Shown here piece by piece: positions 8,837-17,850 of a DNA stretch of 57,128 nt (position 1 is the stretch's first letter; each line of letters starts with the position of its first letter). The notes under the pieces were generated by a model. It was given only the letters and a program-made list of their open reading frames with translations, ran no database searches and was not told the DNA's origin. Made by a program: the position numbers and the translations under genes. The DNA comes from a virus (Duplodnaviria > Caudoviricetes), in IMG/VR virus record IMGVR_UViG_3300022752_000082, positions 1 to 57,128 of that record, one strand, 5' to 3'.

Positions 8837-9100
8837 TTATAACGTCTTTAGAAACGTCTCGTCTGGGTACCGGTCGGCGACCTTCCGCGCGAGTCCCGGA
8901 AGCGCGCGCAGCAGAGCGCGAACGCACACCTCACAGATGTTGAACGCCTCATCCTCGCCCCACGGCTCCCACGGCGCGTCGTCAACGAAGCCGCCGTAGT
9001 AGCCCATGTCCCTGAACGGGACGACGAGCCCGCGAGAGATCAGGTGCTCGTTGACGGAGTCGCACTCGTGTACGACTCCGCACGAGTCACACGCCCGCAC
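8837..9100 (-). CDS. Cys-motif hypothetical protein
   Basis: CDSC...CEVC; ends TTA TAA in motif 8830; start uncertain. Confidence 0.55.
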   Translation of the reverse strand: MRACDSCGVVHECDSVNEHLISRGLVVPFRDMGYYGGFVDDAPWEPWGEDEAFNICEVCVRALLRALPGLARKVADRYPDETFLKTL

Positions 9101-9111
9101 CGCCGCGGCGC

Positions 9112-9321
9112 TCAGCAGTGTCCCCAGACACGCTGGTGCATCGCGGCGATGTCGTGCGCCTGCTCCGGGCTGGTGCAGTGCATCTCGAACCGCACGGTGT
9201 CGGTCGAGTCGCCTGTCGGGCTCGAGAACCAAAGCTCGACGATGTTGCCAAAGATCATGTACCCGCGGTACGCGCCCTTGTTTATCTGCTCGAGGCTAAG
9301 TTGTTCGTCTGTCATTGCCAT
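9112..9321 (-). CDS. Hypothetical protein
   Basis: CCGAAAGGACA RBS; motif 9359. Confidence 0.7.
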   Translation of the reverse strand: MAMTDEQLSLEQINKGAYRGYMIFGNIVELWFSSPTGDSTDTVRFEMHCTSPEQAHDIAAMHQRVWGHC

Positions 9322-9384
9322 GTCGTTTGTCCTTTCGGTTAGGTCGGCTCGTGCCGGTGATTCCATTATAACACCTTTAGAAGC

Positions 9385-9585
9385 CTAGGCCCTTCTTCGC
9401 ATCGCCCACTTTGGAGCGACGCCGGCGGCCTCACAGTCGTCACAGACGAAGAATGCGCCAAGGTACCCGGCGAAGCCGCAGAGGACAGTAGCCCTATGCG
9501 TCTCGCAGGTCTGGCAGACCTTCGGCTTGGCCTTGAACCGGCCGTTTCTCGATCGCGCTTGCTTCATACCGCGAGCGCGATCCAC
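9385..9585 (-). CDS. Small Zn-binding protein
   Basis: CQTC...CDDC; true start may be ATG 9567. Confidence 0.55.
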   Translation of the reverse strand: MDRARGMKQARSRNGRFKAKPKVCQTCETHRATVLCGFAGYLGAFFVCDDCEAAGVAPKWAMRRRA

Positions 9586-9797
9586 TCGGCGAGGTTGAGG
9601 CTCCGCGTCTTGCGGAGGACCCAGACCTGCGCGTCGGCGAGGTCGTCAAAGCCCTCACCGCTCACCGCGTTCTCTTCGCCGCCGTGGCGCTTGATGACCA
9701 CGACCCTGCCGGCCGCATCGCGCCCGACCCAGAGAGTGATCTGCCTGTCGCCGACGTAGACCGCGGCCTGCGGCCACTGCATCCAGTTCGTTTCCAT
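9564..9797 (-). CDS. Hypothetical protein
   Basis: CCGAAGGGAC RBS; motif 9836. Confidence 0.7.
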   Translation of the reverse strand: METNWMQWPQAAVYVGDRQITLWVGRDAAGRVVVIKRHGGEENAVSGEGFDDLADAQVWVLRKTRSLNLAEWIALAV

Positions 9798-9853
9798 GTT
9801 GTTCGTCCCTTCGGTTAGTGCCGGCAGACGCCGGCAAGTCTATTATAACACTT

Positions 9854-10033
9854 TTAGAAACCCAGGTCGGCGAACGCCTCGCTGAGCTCGCGCTGCTGCC
9901 GGGCGTTGAGGCCCTCCGCGGCGACGATGTTGCTGATCACTTCTTCGACGTGTTCGGAGCCGAAGTCGGGGAAGTCCGCGGCCAGGTCCTCAAGTGCGTC
10001 GCTTGCTAGTTGCTTGATGTTGATGGTGGTCAT
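9854..10033 (-). CDS. Hypothetical protein, leaderless (not in ORF track)
   Basis: MTTINIKQLASDALEDLAADFPDF...DLGF*; stop inside motif 9836. Confidence 0.65.
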   Translation of the reverse strand: MTTINIKQLASDALEDLAADFPDFGSEHVEEVISNIVAAEGLNARQQRELSEAFADLGF

Positions 10034-10040
10034 GAGTCTA

Positions 10041-10205
10041 TTATAACGCTTTTAGAAGCTTGATGGCCTCGGCGAGGTCCGGGTGCTTCCAGTTCTTGAT
10101 GCCGATGTTGCGCAGCAGCCACTTCTTGTCGATCGGCTCGAGACGACCCGCAGGGAGATCCATGCGAGCGAGCAGCTCGTGCAGTCGGGTCTGGTCCGCG
10201 TTCAT
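10041..10205 (-). CDS. Hypothetical protein
   Basis: MNADQTRLHELL...WLLRNIGIKN; ends in motif 10034. Confidence 0.6.
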   Translation of the reverse strand: MNADQTRLHELLARMDLPAGRLEPIDKKWLLRNIGIKNWKHPDLAEAIKLLKAL

Positions 10206-10207
10206 CG

Positions 10208-10345
10208 TCAGTCCCAGTTCCCGCGGCGGCACGCCTTACGGCTGGCCTCCCGCTTCTTGTTGGGAATCGTCTGGGCCTTGAGGACATTCCGATCCGCGAA
10301 GGCTTGGCGGTCTTCTTTGTTCCACTTTGTGCTTGGTTTGGTCAT
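10208..10345 (-). CDS. Small basic protein, leaderless (not in ORF track)
   Basis: MTKPSTKWNKEDRQAF...KACRRGNWD; follows motif 10346. Confidence 0.55.
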   Translation of the reverse strand: MTKPSTKWNKEDRQAFADRNVLKAQTIPNKKREASRKACRRGNWD

Positions 10346-10424
10346 GAGTCTATTATAACACTTTTAGAACTGGGTACCGCGGCTGCCGGCCGGGCTTGTG
10401 CCCGGCGCGGCGGCCTTGGTAGCC

Positions 10425-10736
10425 TCAGGCGGTGAAGTTCAGGGCCTGCACGCGCTCAAGAGCGGTCCAGGCTGCATTGCTGAGCTCGGCTTGCTTGTCC
10501 TCTGAGCGGTAGGTGGCCTGCGTGAGGTCCGCAAGGCGGAAGGCTACCACCGGGCGGAAGCCGGCATCTGACCAGCGGAGGACATACGCCTCGTGGTCAT
10601 CCACGCCCGCACGGACTTCAGTGACCACCTTGAAGAGGCCCTTGTCAGTGTTGACCAGGAGCTCCACGGTTGACCTAGCATTGTAGCCATTCGTGTTGAC
10701 GTAGTTCTCAAGCACGGCGTGCGTGTTGACTTTCAT
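10425..10736 (-). CDS. Hypothetical protein
   Basis: CCGAAGGGACA RBS; motif 10780. Confidence 0.7.
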   Translation of the reverse strand: MKVNTHAVLENYVNTNGYNARSTVELLVNTDKGLFKVVTEVRAGVDDHEAYVLRWSDAGFRPVVAFRLADLTQATYRSEDKQAELSNAAWTALERVQALNFTA

Positions 10737-10855
10737 TCGTTGTTGTCCCTTCGGTTGTACCGGCGCCCTTTGCGCCGGTGATTCCATTATAACACTTTTA
10801 GAAAGTGGCGCTTGGCGGCCCGGGGCTTGCGCCCCGCGGCCGCCGCGCCTGGCTC

Positions 10856-11107
10856 TTAGGCCTCCAGGATGACCCGGTACCCGCGGTCCACCTTGGCCCA
10901 CTTCTTCTCAGCGGCGGCGGCCATGGCGGCCTGGCTGCTGGAGAAGGTGACTCGGCTGACCTGGCGGCGCACCTTTTCGGCCATGCCCCAAGAGAAGGTC
11001 ACGGTGTTCTCGCTCACGAGAATCTCGTAGACTTTCTGCTTGCCTGCCTGGCCGCGGCCCATTGGGCCGTGGTCGCTTCCCTTGGTGAGGATGATTCGCT
11101 TTTCCAT
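10856..11107 (-). CDS. WGR-domain-like protein, copy 2
   Basis: Shares GPMGRGQAGKQKVYEILV and NTVTFSWGMAEKV with 4092..4343. Confidence 0.8.
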   Translation of the reverse strand: MEKRIILTKGSDHGPMGRGQAGKQKVYEILVSENTVTFSWGMAEKVRRQVSRVTFSSSQAAMAAAAEKKWAKVDRGYRVILEA

Positions 11108-11277
11108 CGCTGTGTCCCTTCGGTTGTACCAGCACCGGTTTGTGCTGGTGATTCTATTATAACACTTTTAGAAAGTGGTTGGCGCGTTCCGCGCCGGGGC
11201 GATAAGGACGACCAGGGCGAGGTCGCGGTGCGTGTATTCTGCCCGCTTTATTCTCGCCCCGGCCGTCCCCAACCGAC

Positions 11278-11508
11278 CTAGTTGGCCGCGACCGAGCGGA
11301 CCGTGACCTGCGGCTGGCTGAGCGTCAAGAGCGCGCGGCCCAGGGTCTCCTCGACCGTCTCGCCTTTAGCCGAGGCGACGTAGAAGGTCACCGAGTCGTC
11401 GCCGCGCGAGAAGGTGACCGTGATGCGGCCCTCCCAGACGGTGACGTCGACGCCGGGGACACTGCTTTCGAAGCCAGTGCTACCGTGCATGTGAGTTGTC
11501 GTTGTCAT
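11278..11508 (-). CDS. Hypothetical protein
   Basis: AAAAGGACA RBS; motif 11553. Confidence 0.7.
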   Translation of the reverse strand: MTTTTHMHGSTGFESSVPGVDVTVWEGRITVTFSRGDDSVTFYVASAKGETVEETLGRALLTLSQPQVTVRSVAAN

Positions 11509-11621
11509 TGCGTATGTCCTTTTGTCGTTGTGGTTGGCCGGCTTGTGCCGGTGAGTCCATTATAACACTTTTAGAATCCCACCCCTGCCCGGGGGCACCG
11601 CGCCCCCGGGCCGGGTCGAGA

Positions 11622-11945
11622 TTACTTGGCTTGGAGGACCGTGTAGGCGGTCTCCGTGAGGCAGGCCGCGTAGGCCTCCGGGAAGGCGGCCTTGAGGGCC
11701 TCGCGGTCGATGTTGCTGCGGTTGCGGTGGTTCACCCGCACGCGCTCCACGCCGTTGATGACGCCGATGTCCGCGCCTTGGAGGAGAGCGCGGATTGCGT
11801 TCTCAGCCTCGGCCTTCTTCGCCTCGAGCGCCTTGATGGCCGCCTTCGCCTCGTTGAACTCGACGATCAGCGCCTCGGCGCTCGGGTCGAGGACCGCGAC
11901 GTGCTCGGAAGACACGACGGTCGTGGTGGTGGTGATTGTGGTCAT
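11622..11945 (-). CDS. Coiled-coil phage protein, copy 1 (resembles the C-terminal part of YqaJ-type phage exonucleases)
   Basis: Near-identical to 24384..24710; IDREALKAAFPEAY...TVLQAK; family resemblance is an inference. Confidence 0.75.
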   Translation of the reverse strand: MTTITTTTTVVSSEHVAVLDPSAEALIVEFNEAKAAIKALEAKKAEAENAIRALLQGADIGVINGVERVRVNHRNRSNIDREALKAAFPEAYAACLTETAYTVLQAK

Positions 11946-12065
11946 TGCTGTCCTTTCGGTTGTTGTCGCGGCACCCTTTGTGCCGCTGGTATCCATTATA
12001 ACACTTTTAGAAAGTAGCCGGCGGTGGCCGGAGGCGCCATGTGCGCCGCCGGCCACCGCGTCGAC

Positions 12066-12299
12066 CTAGACCGCGACCGCCCCGAGGTCCTCGGTGTCGA
12101 GGTTCCAGTGGTACGCGACCGCTTCGAGGTCTTCCACGTCGATGGTGAACTCGTACACGGGCCAGCCGCCTGTCGTGTACTTCGTCTTTTTCCACCGCAC
12201 AGACGGTGCCGCGTCACGCAGGTCGGCCAGCACGTCCTTGAGCGTCTCGTTGTCATCCGAGCCGCCCCAGGCCACCGGGCCCATAAAGCGCATTTTCAT
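12066..12299 (-). CDS. Hypothetical protein
   Basis: RBS and motif 12341; GGWP motif shared with the next cassette. Confidence 0.7.
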   Translation of the reverse strand: MKMRFMGPVAWGGSDDNETLKDVLADLRDAAPSVRWKKTKYTTGGWPVYEFTIDVEDLEAVAYHWNLDTEDLGAVAV

Positions 12300-12418
12300 T
12301 GATGTTGTCCCTTCGGTTGGGCGACGCGGGTGCGCCGCTGGAATCCATTATAACACTTATAGAAACCGACCGGGCGAGGCGCGAACGCCCTCGCCCGGGT
12401 CGATTCCTTATTCGATTG

Positions 12419-12688
12419 TTATTCGATTGTTGACGGAAGGTCGTCGGTGAGTTTGAGGAAGAAGTCGTAGTCGTCGCTGTACCCGAAGAACTCCGCGAAC
12501 GCCGGGAGATCTTTTGAGTGAATGATGACTCGGCCTTGCGGCCAGCCGCCGCCGCTTCCTTCAAACTTCCATAACTGCACGAACGCCGACGGGCAAACCC
12601 TGGTCAACTTTTCCAGCATTTGCGGCCACGTGTCGGACGTGTCGTCCCACGGTAGGTCGATGTCGTCGATAAACTTCCATTCCATCAT
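12419..12688 (-). CDS. Hypothetical protein
   Basis: RBS and motif 12727; GGGWP motif. Confidence 0.7.
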   Translation of the reverse strand: MMEWKFIDDIDLPWDDTSDTWPQMLEKLTRVCPSAFVQLWKFEGSGGGWPQGRVIIHSKDLPAFAEFFGYSDDYDFFLKLTDDLPSTIE

Positions 12689-12807
12689 TGTGTCCCTTCG
12701 GTTGTACCGGCGCCCTTTGCGCCGGTGATTCCATTATAACACTTGTAGAAACCACGCAGGCTTCGATGGTCGCCATAGATGGAGTCGAGGTCGATGTCGA
12801 CCTCGGC

Positions 12808-12984
12808 CTACGAGCGAGCGAAGACGAGTGTTTCGACGACGGCCTTCTCGAGCGCGCTCAGGCCTTCGGCGGACGCGTACGCGTCGACCAGGGCCTCGGT
12901 CGCCTCTTGGTCGCCTGCGTACTCAGCGTTCGCGGTCGCGACGATGTCGTCGGCGATCTTGATCAGTTTCTCGTTTGGTCTCAT
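12808..12984 (-). CDS. Hypothetical protein (not in ORF track)
   Basis: MRPNEKLIKIADDIVATANAEY...; CCGAAAGGACA RBS; motif 13008. Confidence 0.65.
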   Translation of the reverse strand: MRPNEKLIKIADDIVATANAEYAGDQEATEALVDAYASAEGLSALEKAVVETLVFARS

Positions 12985-13035
12985 GTCTTGTGTCCTTTCG
13001 GGTTGTTGAGTCCATTATAACACTTATAGAAACAG

Positions 13036-13103
13036 GCCCGTCTGCACGGCGCGTGCCTAGCGTGCCTGTGCCCGTCTGCACGGCGCGTGCCTAGCGTGCC
13101 TGT
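13036..13103. repeat. Tandem 34-bp direct repeat containing CCCGTCTGCAC
   Basis: GCCCGTCTGCACGGCGCGTGCCTAGCGTGCCTGT x2; related sequence at 19368-19395. Confidence 0.9.
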
Positions 13104-13106
13104 GCG

Positions 13107-13697
13107 TCACACCGGGCGGTGCTGCGTGAAGTAGCTAAACGGTTGGCCCGTCCCGGAGTCGAGGCGTGCCGCGACGTGCAGAGCCTTCTTGGCTGCTTCG
13201 CGCGCTTGCTCGATGTCGTCGGTCCCGTCAGGCAGCATGGCGTGTAGCGCGCCGACAGCAAAGTCTCCTCCCGAGCCGAGCCCGTATAGCCCGGTCGAGT
13301 CCCGTGCCCATGAGTAGTCTTGCCCGATGGTGTAGGCAGCGCCGTTGACGACGACCAAGATCTCCGAGCCGGCCTCGGCCGAGCCCGTCTCCGAGTTGCG
13401 TACCTCGCCGTACCCGTTCTTCTCGAAGCACGACCGCAGTGCCGGAACGAAGTCGCGCGTGATGAACCGATCGAGCTTTGCCTCGACGTATGACTGCGCG
13501 TCCGGCGGAGTGAATGCGTACGCGAGTAGGTTGATCGCCCGCACATCGCCGGCGGCGCCGAGCAGGTACTTGCGATTCCTTGTGACCTTGCTTCCTGCCT
13601 TCGCGAGCGTGTAGGTACGTCCGTACTCCTCGGTGACGCGCGAGTCGGCGCCGACCACGACCCACCGCGGGCCTTGGATAGCGACAAGCGTCGTCAT
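13107..13697 (-). CDS. HslV/proteasome-beta-like Ntn threonine protease
   Basis: N-terminal M-TT, VGADSRVT...K, GAAGD, GLGSGGDFAVGAL, DSGTG. Confidence 0.85.
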   Translation of the reverse strand: MTTLVAIQGPRWVVVGADSRVTEEYGRTYTLAKAGSKVTRNRKYLLGAAGDVRAINLLAYAFTPPDAQSYVEAKLDRFITRDFVPALRSCFEKNGYGEVRNSETGSAEAGSEILVVVNGAAYTIGQDYSWARDSTGLYGLGSGGDFAVGALHAMLPDGTDDIEQAREAAKKALHVAARLDSGTGQPFSYFTQHRPV

Positions 13698-13909
13698 TCG
13701 TCTGCCGGCAGTGGGTTCTCGATGAGCATCACCTTGACCGCGTTCTGGATCTTTGCGATGTCGGAGTTCTTCGACTGGAGCGGGTTGTCACAGAACTTCT
13801 TGACCTGTGACTTCTTCACTCCGGACTTCTCTGCTACCTTGTCGATGCCGAGCTTTCGGACGGTGCCGGTGAGGTCGAGCATCTTGTCTGATACCTGCGC
13901 TGTTGCCAT
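13694..13909 (-). CDS. Small Cro/XRE-like HTH protein
   Basis: GIDKVAEKSGVKKSQVKKF...IAKIQNAV; motif 13938; ATGA-coupled to the protease. Confidence 0.55.
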   Translation of the reverse strand: MATAQVSDKMLDLTGTVRKLGIDKVAEKSGVKKSQVKKFCDNPLQSKNSDIAKIQNAVKVMLIENPLPADE

Positions 13910-14048
13910 GTAAGTTGTCCCTTCGGTTGAGGTTGTTGAGTCTATTATAACACTTTTAGAATCGGGCGCAATGCGAAGCACCGGCACCGGCCCCGCCTCT
14001 CTGGGCATGGGTTGTCGGTGCCGGCGCCACTCGCATGGCAGTGCGACC

Positions 14049-14249
14049 TTACTTCTTCTGCTCCATCACGACGACTCCGGTCGTGCTGTGCCTCTTTGAG
14101 CCGCAGGTCGGCGGGTACTTCGCCTTGAAGTGCAGGACTATTCCCTGCCCACACTTGGGGCACTCCCACTTCACGCTGACCTTGGGCTTCTTTTCTTTGA
14201 CGGCCTCGGTCGACTCTTCAGTCGTCTCCGGCTCGGTTTCTTCTGCCAT
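14049..14249 (-). CDS. Small Zn-ribbon protein
   Basis: WECPKC...PPTC...H; AGGAGG RBS; motif 14276. Confidence 0.7.
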   Translation of the reverse strand: MAEETEPETTEESTEAVKEKKPKVSVKWECPKCGQGIVLHFKAKYPPTCGSKRHSTTGVVVMEQKK

Positions 14250-14419
14250 GCTGAACCTCCTAGGTTGTTGGTGTTGATTCTATTATAACACTTTTAGAAA
14301 CAACACCGAGTAGTCACTGTCGCTTTCGACTACTGTACTTCATTCCCAGGATGAGAAAGGTGACCACCGCCCAGGTAATCGCGGCGGCTGTGTTTGTGAT
14401 GTCGACCTCGAACCGCATG

Positions 14420-14686
14420 TCACTTGCCTCCCTGCTTCTCGAGCATCGCGGTGAGGCCGCTCATGAGACTCGACATTCCACTCGAGACTTCACGCTCGGT
14501 GATGATGTGGTCGAACGCATCGGACAACCCGACGAGGATGTCGAAGTGGTCGTTGTTCTCTTCAGTGCGCTCGTCCGGCGGGATCTCGAGCAACATCGCC
14601 TGGTACAGCGTGACCGCACACTGCACGGCCTCGAGCGCCTCGATCGGCATCTCGAACTTGATTGAGTGGTTGTCGTTGTTTGTCAT
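14420..14686 (-). CDS. Hypothetical protein
   Basis: AAGGAG RBS. Confidence 0.65.
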   Translation of the reverse strand: MTNNDNHSIKFEMPIEALEAVQCAVTLYQAMLLEIPPDERTEENNDHFDILVGLSDAFDHIITEREVSSGMSSLMSGLTAMLEKQGGK

Positions 14687-14747
14687 ATGACTCCTTGTTG
14701 TCGTTGTTGGTAACTATACCGCGTCGCTTAGCGAATCCCGGGATGAC

Positions 14748-14945
14748 CTAGAGGTACCCTTCCACGGCTAGGTACCTCTCGAGGTCTGCGTACATCTCGC
14801 TCGTGATGCCGATGTCGTGCTTCGCGCCATCGAGCATACGCGAGACCGCGTCATACACGTCGTCTGGGTAGCGTTCCTCGGCCTCACGGACGATTGACTT
14901 CGCGAGTCTGTGCATCTGCTTGCGCTGTGCTGCTGCTGTCTTCAT
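14748..14945 (-). CDS. Hypothetical protein
   Basis: GAGGTG RBS; follows whiB. Confidence 0.65.
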   Translation of the reverse strand: MKTAAAQRKQMHRLAKSIVREAEERYPDDVYDAVSRMLDGAKHDIGITSEMYADLERYLAVEGYL

Positions 14946-14946
14946 G

Positions 14947-15195
14947 TCACCTCAGCACGATGGACTCGACCTTGAGTCGCCCGCGACGGATGAGCCTGCG
15001 CTGGTTGGCCGTGAGGCCGCCCCACACGCCGTACTCGTCCTCACGCGGTATCGCGAAGGCCCGGCACTCCTCGAGCACCGGGCACGAGGCGCAGATCTTT
15101 CGCGCTTTCGCGACGTTACTCTTCTTCAAGTCATCAAAGAAGAGTTCACCGTGACCGACACACGCGGCCCTTGACATCCAGCGGAGGTTCGTCAT
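14947..15195 (-). CDS. whiB: WhiB-family Fe-S transcription factor
   Basis: W..RAAC...LFF...ARKICASCPV..EC...GVWGG..RR: four Cys plus the G-turn. Confidence 0.93.
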   Translation of the reverse strand: MTNLRWMSRAACVGHGELFFDDLKKSNVAKARKICASCPVLEECRAFAIPREDEYGVWGGLTANQRRLIRRGRLKVESIVLR

Positions 15196-15581
15196 GCGTT
15201 CACCGCCGGGACAATCGAAGAGGTAAAGAAGTACATCTTGTCCTCCACCAGGTTGAGCGCAGCGATTGGATACTTGCGGCGGCTTGACGCGATGCCGGCA
15301 AAGGCATACTCTGTCCCGCGGCTCGTAAACTTCTTGCCGAGTAGGTCAGGCTTGAGGCCGTATGACGCAGCAAAGCGCTTGTAGTCAACCGCGTACTCTG
15401 ACGCCATGTTGACTCCGTTCTCGCCACGTGCCACGGCATTCGCCTCAACCTTGAGTGAGTAGATGTCGCCGTAGCCTGCTCGAGACTTTGACAACTCGAG
15501 TCCATGCTTGGCGAGTACAGCCTTCGCGGCCGCGAGAATCTCTTCCGTGATGCTGTCGCACAGCGCCCTTGAGACTGTCAT
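15192..15581 (-). CDS. Hypothetical phage protein
   Basis: LLGKKF...GI...RRKYPI; ATGA overlaps at both ends. Confidence 0.7.
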   Translation of the reverse strand: MTVSRALCDSITEEILAAAKAVLAKHGLELSKSRAGYGDIYSLKVEANAVARGENGVNMASEYAVDYKRFAASYGLKPDLLGKKFTSRGTEYAFAGIASSRRKYPIAALNLVEDKMYFFTSSIVPAVNA

Positions 15582-15793
15582 TGGTCGTCATCCTCCTCGG
15601 AGTAGTCTTCCAGGTCTGGGCTCATCTCAGTCGCCTGGTGGATGAGCGCAGTCCACATGTCGAGGCACTCGCGGACCTCCGCCTTGGTGCGGCAGTCGAA
15701 CGTGATGCTGGTGCTGTAGTCGCCGGCATCAAAGAGGACGGTGACCTCTTTGTTGTCAACGGCCACATTGACCGGTGTACCGATGGTTGTCAT
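15578..15793 (-). CDS. Hypothetical acidic protein
   Basis: GGAGAGG RBS; motif 15830. Confidence 0.65.
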   Translation of the reverse strand: MTTIGTPVNVAVDNKEVTVLFDAGDYSTSITFDCRTKAEVRECLDMWTALIHQATEMSPDLEDYSEEDDDQ

Positions 15794-15910
15794 TTCGTAT
15801 TCCTCTCCGGGCTGGTGCCCTTGGTTGATAGTTCTATTATAACACTTTTAGAAACAGCGGCTGCGGCGAGACCCGGGCAACCGAACCCGGGCCCCGCCTG
15901 ACCAACCGAC

Positions 15911-16306
15911 CTACGCGGTGATGAAGTACTCGCCGTACTCAAGCGCGTCCGCGAGAGCGATGAAGGTGTCGAAGTCGAACGGCTCGCCGATCGGCACGCC
16001 GATGTCGTTGACAATGACAACCTGCTTGCGCTCCCAGTCGACGACCGCAGACTGAACCCAGTCGAGCATGATGCCGCAGGTCTCGCCGACCTCGATACCG
16101 TACCCGGTCTCTGACGCCCACTGGTCTCCGATGATGCGCGAGATGCAGATGCGTGTCGCGTAGTCGGGCTGGTCCCAGCGCGGGCGAGCCTTTGAGATTG
16201 CCTCGGCCAGGTCCTTGAACTGGCTCGAGCCGCCCCAGTGCGAGTAGAGCCACAGGGTCGGGCCTTCCTTGGTGTTCTTGAAACCGAACGCTGCTCGGTC
16301 TCCCAT
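15911..16306 (-). CDS. Conserved phage hypothetical protein
   Basis: MGDRA...LYSHWGG...ARPRW.QPDYATRI; RBS and motif 16345. Confidence 0.75.
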   Translation of the reverse strand: MGDRAAFGFKNTKEGPTLWLYSHWGGSSQFKDLAEAISKARPRWDQPDYATRICISRIIGDQWASETGYGIEVGETCGIMLDWVQSAVVDWERKQVVIVNDIGVPIGEPFDFDTFIALADALEYGEYFITA

Positions 16307-16362
16307 TGTTGTGTCCTTTCGTCGTGGGCTTGCGCCCGGTTGATGATTCTATTATAACGCTT

Positions 16363-16680
16363 TTAGAAACGCACCGGCTGCGAGTCGCCGTCCTCGATGT
16401 AGCACAACGGGTCGAAGTACAGGCCTTCATTGAGCGGCGGCACGATGCTGCGCAGCGCCGTGTCGATGTGCGAGTCGCGGTACCCCTCGGTGCCGTCGTC
16501 ACGCCACTCGAACTCGGTGGCTACCTCCCAGAACAGGTCCCAGCGGTACCTCTTGTCGAGGTCAACGAACTCGTTCACCCGCGTGTAGTCGCCACCGCGG
16601 TACCGATCGCGGCGCTCCTCCGTGTCGAGAGGCGCAATCGCGAAGAGCAGCCTGTCGCGGTCGTGCGCTGAGACCTTCAC
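16363..16680 (-). CDS. Hypothetical protein
   Basis: DKRYRWDLF...DSHIDTALR; ends in motif 16345. Confidence 0.65.
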   Translation of the reverse strand: MKVSAHDRDRLLFAIAPLDTEERRDRYRGGDYTRVNEFVDLDKRYRWDLFWEVATEFEWRDDGTEGYRDSHIDTALRSIVPPLNEGLYFDPLCYIEDGDSQPVRF

Positions 16681-16928
16681 AAGAGCCTCGCGTCTCTGCG
16701 TGCGCACCACTCGCGGCTGAAGACCTCGAACTCGAGACACTCGAGGTCGAAGATCTGCGCCTCCTTGTCCTGCCGGATGAAGTCGTCAATCCGCTTGTCG
16801 TCCCACGCCGTGATGTCGCAGGTGATGACCGCCGCGTCGACCTCGCCGGACGAGAGTTTGACGTCGTCATTCGCAACGCGGATGACCCAGTCACCGGTTG
16901 AGAGTGTGTAGTCGATGACGCGCTTCAC
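16677..16928 (-). CDS. Hypothetical protein
   Basis: GTGA overlaps at both ends. Confidence 0.55.
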   Translation of the reverse strand: MKRVIDYTLSTGDWVIRVANDDVKLSSGEVDAAVITCDITAWDDKRIDDFIRQDKEAQIFDLECLEFEVFSREWCARRDARLL

Positions 16929-17326
16929 GCCAGCACCAGCCTTGGCGCCTTGCGCTCGTCGATGTGGCTGAGGTCCTTGAACTCGACCCAGGCGTCGAAC
17001 CTGCTCCAGGTCTTGCCGCCGATGCTGACCTGCTGCTTCGGGAGGATGAATCCCGGTGAGCACGGGCAAGAGCACCCTGCGTACTGTGACCACTGCAACT
17101 TGCCGAGGTCGAACACCTGGCCGAGTTGCGAAGACCAGATTGCGGTCTTGTAGATGTTGTACGGCCGGCGCGTGCGGTTGGCCAGGTTGTCGAGAATGGT
17201 CTCGTCCTCGACGTCGACGTACAGGCGCGGAGCCGCGTTGAACTCGCTGCTCTTCGTGTGTCGACCCCACTGGCGCTCGCGCAGTGAGACTTTTGCTCCG
17301 CCGAGGCGGAAGGTGTAGGTATCCAT
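16925..17326 (-). CDS. Hypothetical protein with GCSCPCSPGF motif
   Basis: RBS and motif 17358. Confidence 0.75.
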   Translation of the reverse strand: MDTYTFRLGGAKVSLRERQWGRHTKSSEFNAAPRLYVDVEDETILDNLANRTRRPYNIYKTAIWSSQLGQVFDLGKLQWSQYAGCSCPCSPGFILPKQQVSIGGKTWSRFDAWVEFKDLSHIDERKAPRLVLA

Positions 17327-17424
17327 TGCTTGGTTTGTCCTTTCGGTTGTGGTTGGTGATTCCATTATAACACTTTTAGAAACTGCCGGCCCGGGGCGAA
17401 GCCCCGGGACCGGCGTGACTTTGG

Positions 17425-17625
17425 TCAGCCTTCGCAGGGGCAGGCCCAGAAGCCGTGGGCGTTGGCCGCGGCCTCGGCTGCCTCGTAGGTATCGAACCCG
17501 GCGAAGTTCGGACCCATCAGGGTGACCTTGCGCTTGCGCCAGATGTGAATCGCGTAGTAGCGACCCTCTGCGGTGGTGTCGATGACCATCTTGTTGACGA
17601 CGGTGCGGCGGGTTGGTGCGGGCAT
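17425..17625 (-). CDS. Hypothetical protein
   Basis: RBS and motif 17664; followed by hairpin 17385-17414. Confidence 0.7.
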   Translation of the reverse strand: MPAPTRRTVVNKMVIDTTAEGRYYAIHIWRKRKVTLMGPNFAGFDTYEAAEAAANAHGFWACPCEG

Positions 17626-17670
17626 TGCGGTTGTCCTTTCGGTAGGTACCGGCGGCTGCCGGTGATTCTA

Positions 17671-17850
17671 TTATAACGCTTTTAGAAACTCACCCAGCTC
17701 TCGGTCGGTGGCGTGCTGCACCTCTACGGCTGGCTTCGCCGCCGGCATCAAGGCGAGAATCGTGCCGTAGCCCTTGGCCCACGCTCGAGCCTCTTCAAGA
17801 GTCTCGAACGGGCCAAAGTGCACACCGCGCAGCTCAACGATGTACCTCAT
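17671..17850 (-). CDS. Hypothetical protein
   Basis: GPFETLEEARAWA; ends in motif 17664. Confidence 0.6.
   Translation of the reverse strand: MRYIVELRGVHFGPFETLEEARAWAKGYGTILALMPAAKPAVEVQHATDRELGEFLKAL

Noticed and set aside
12408-12430. TTATTCGATTG tandem duplication at a stop codon
   Set aside because: Single 11-bp duplication, most simply replication slippage; not seen at other cassette ends
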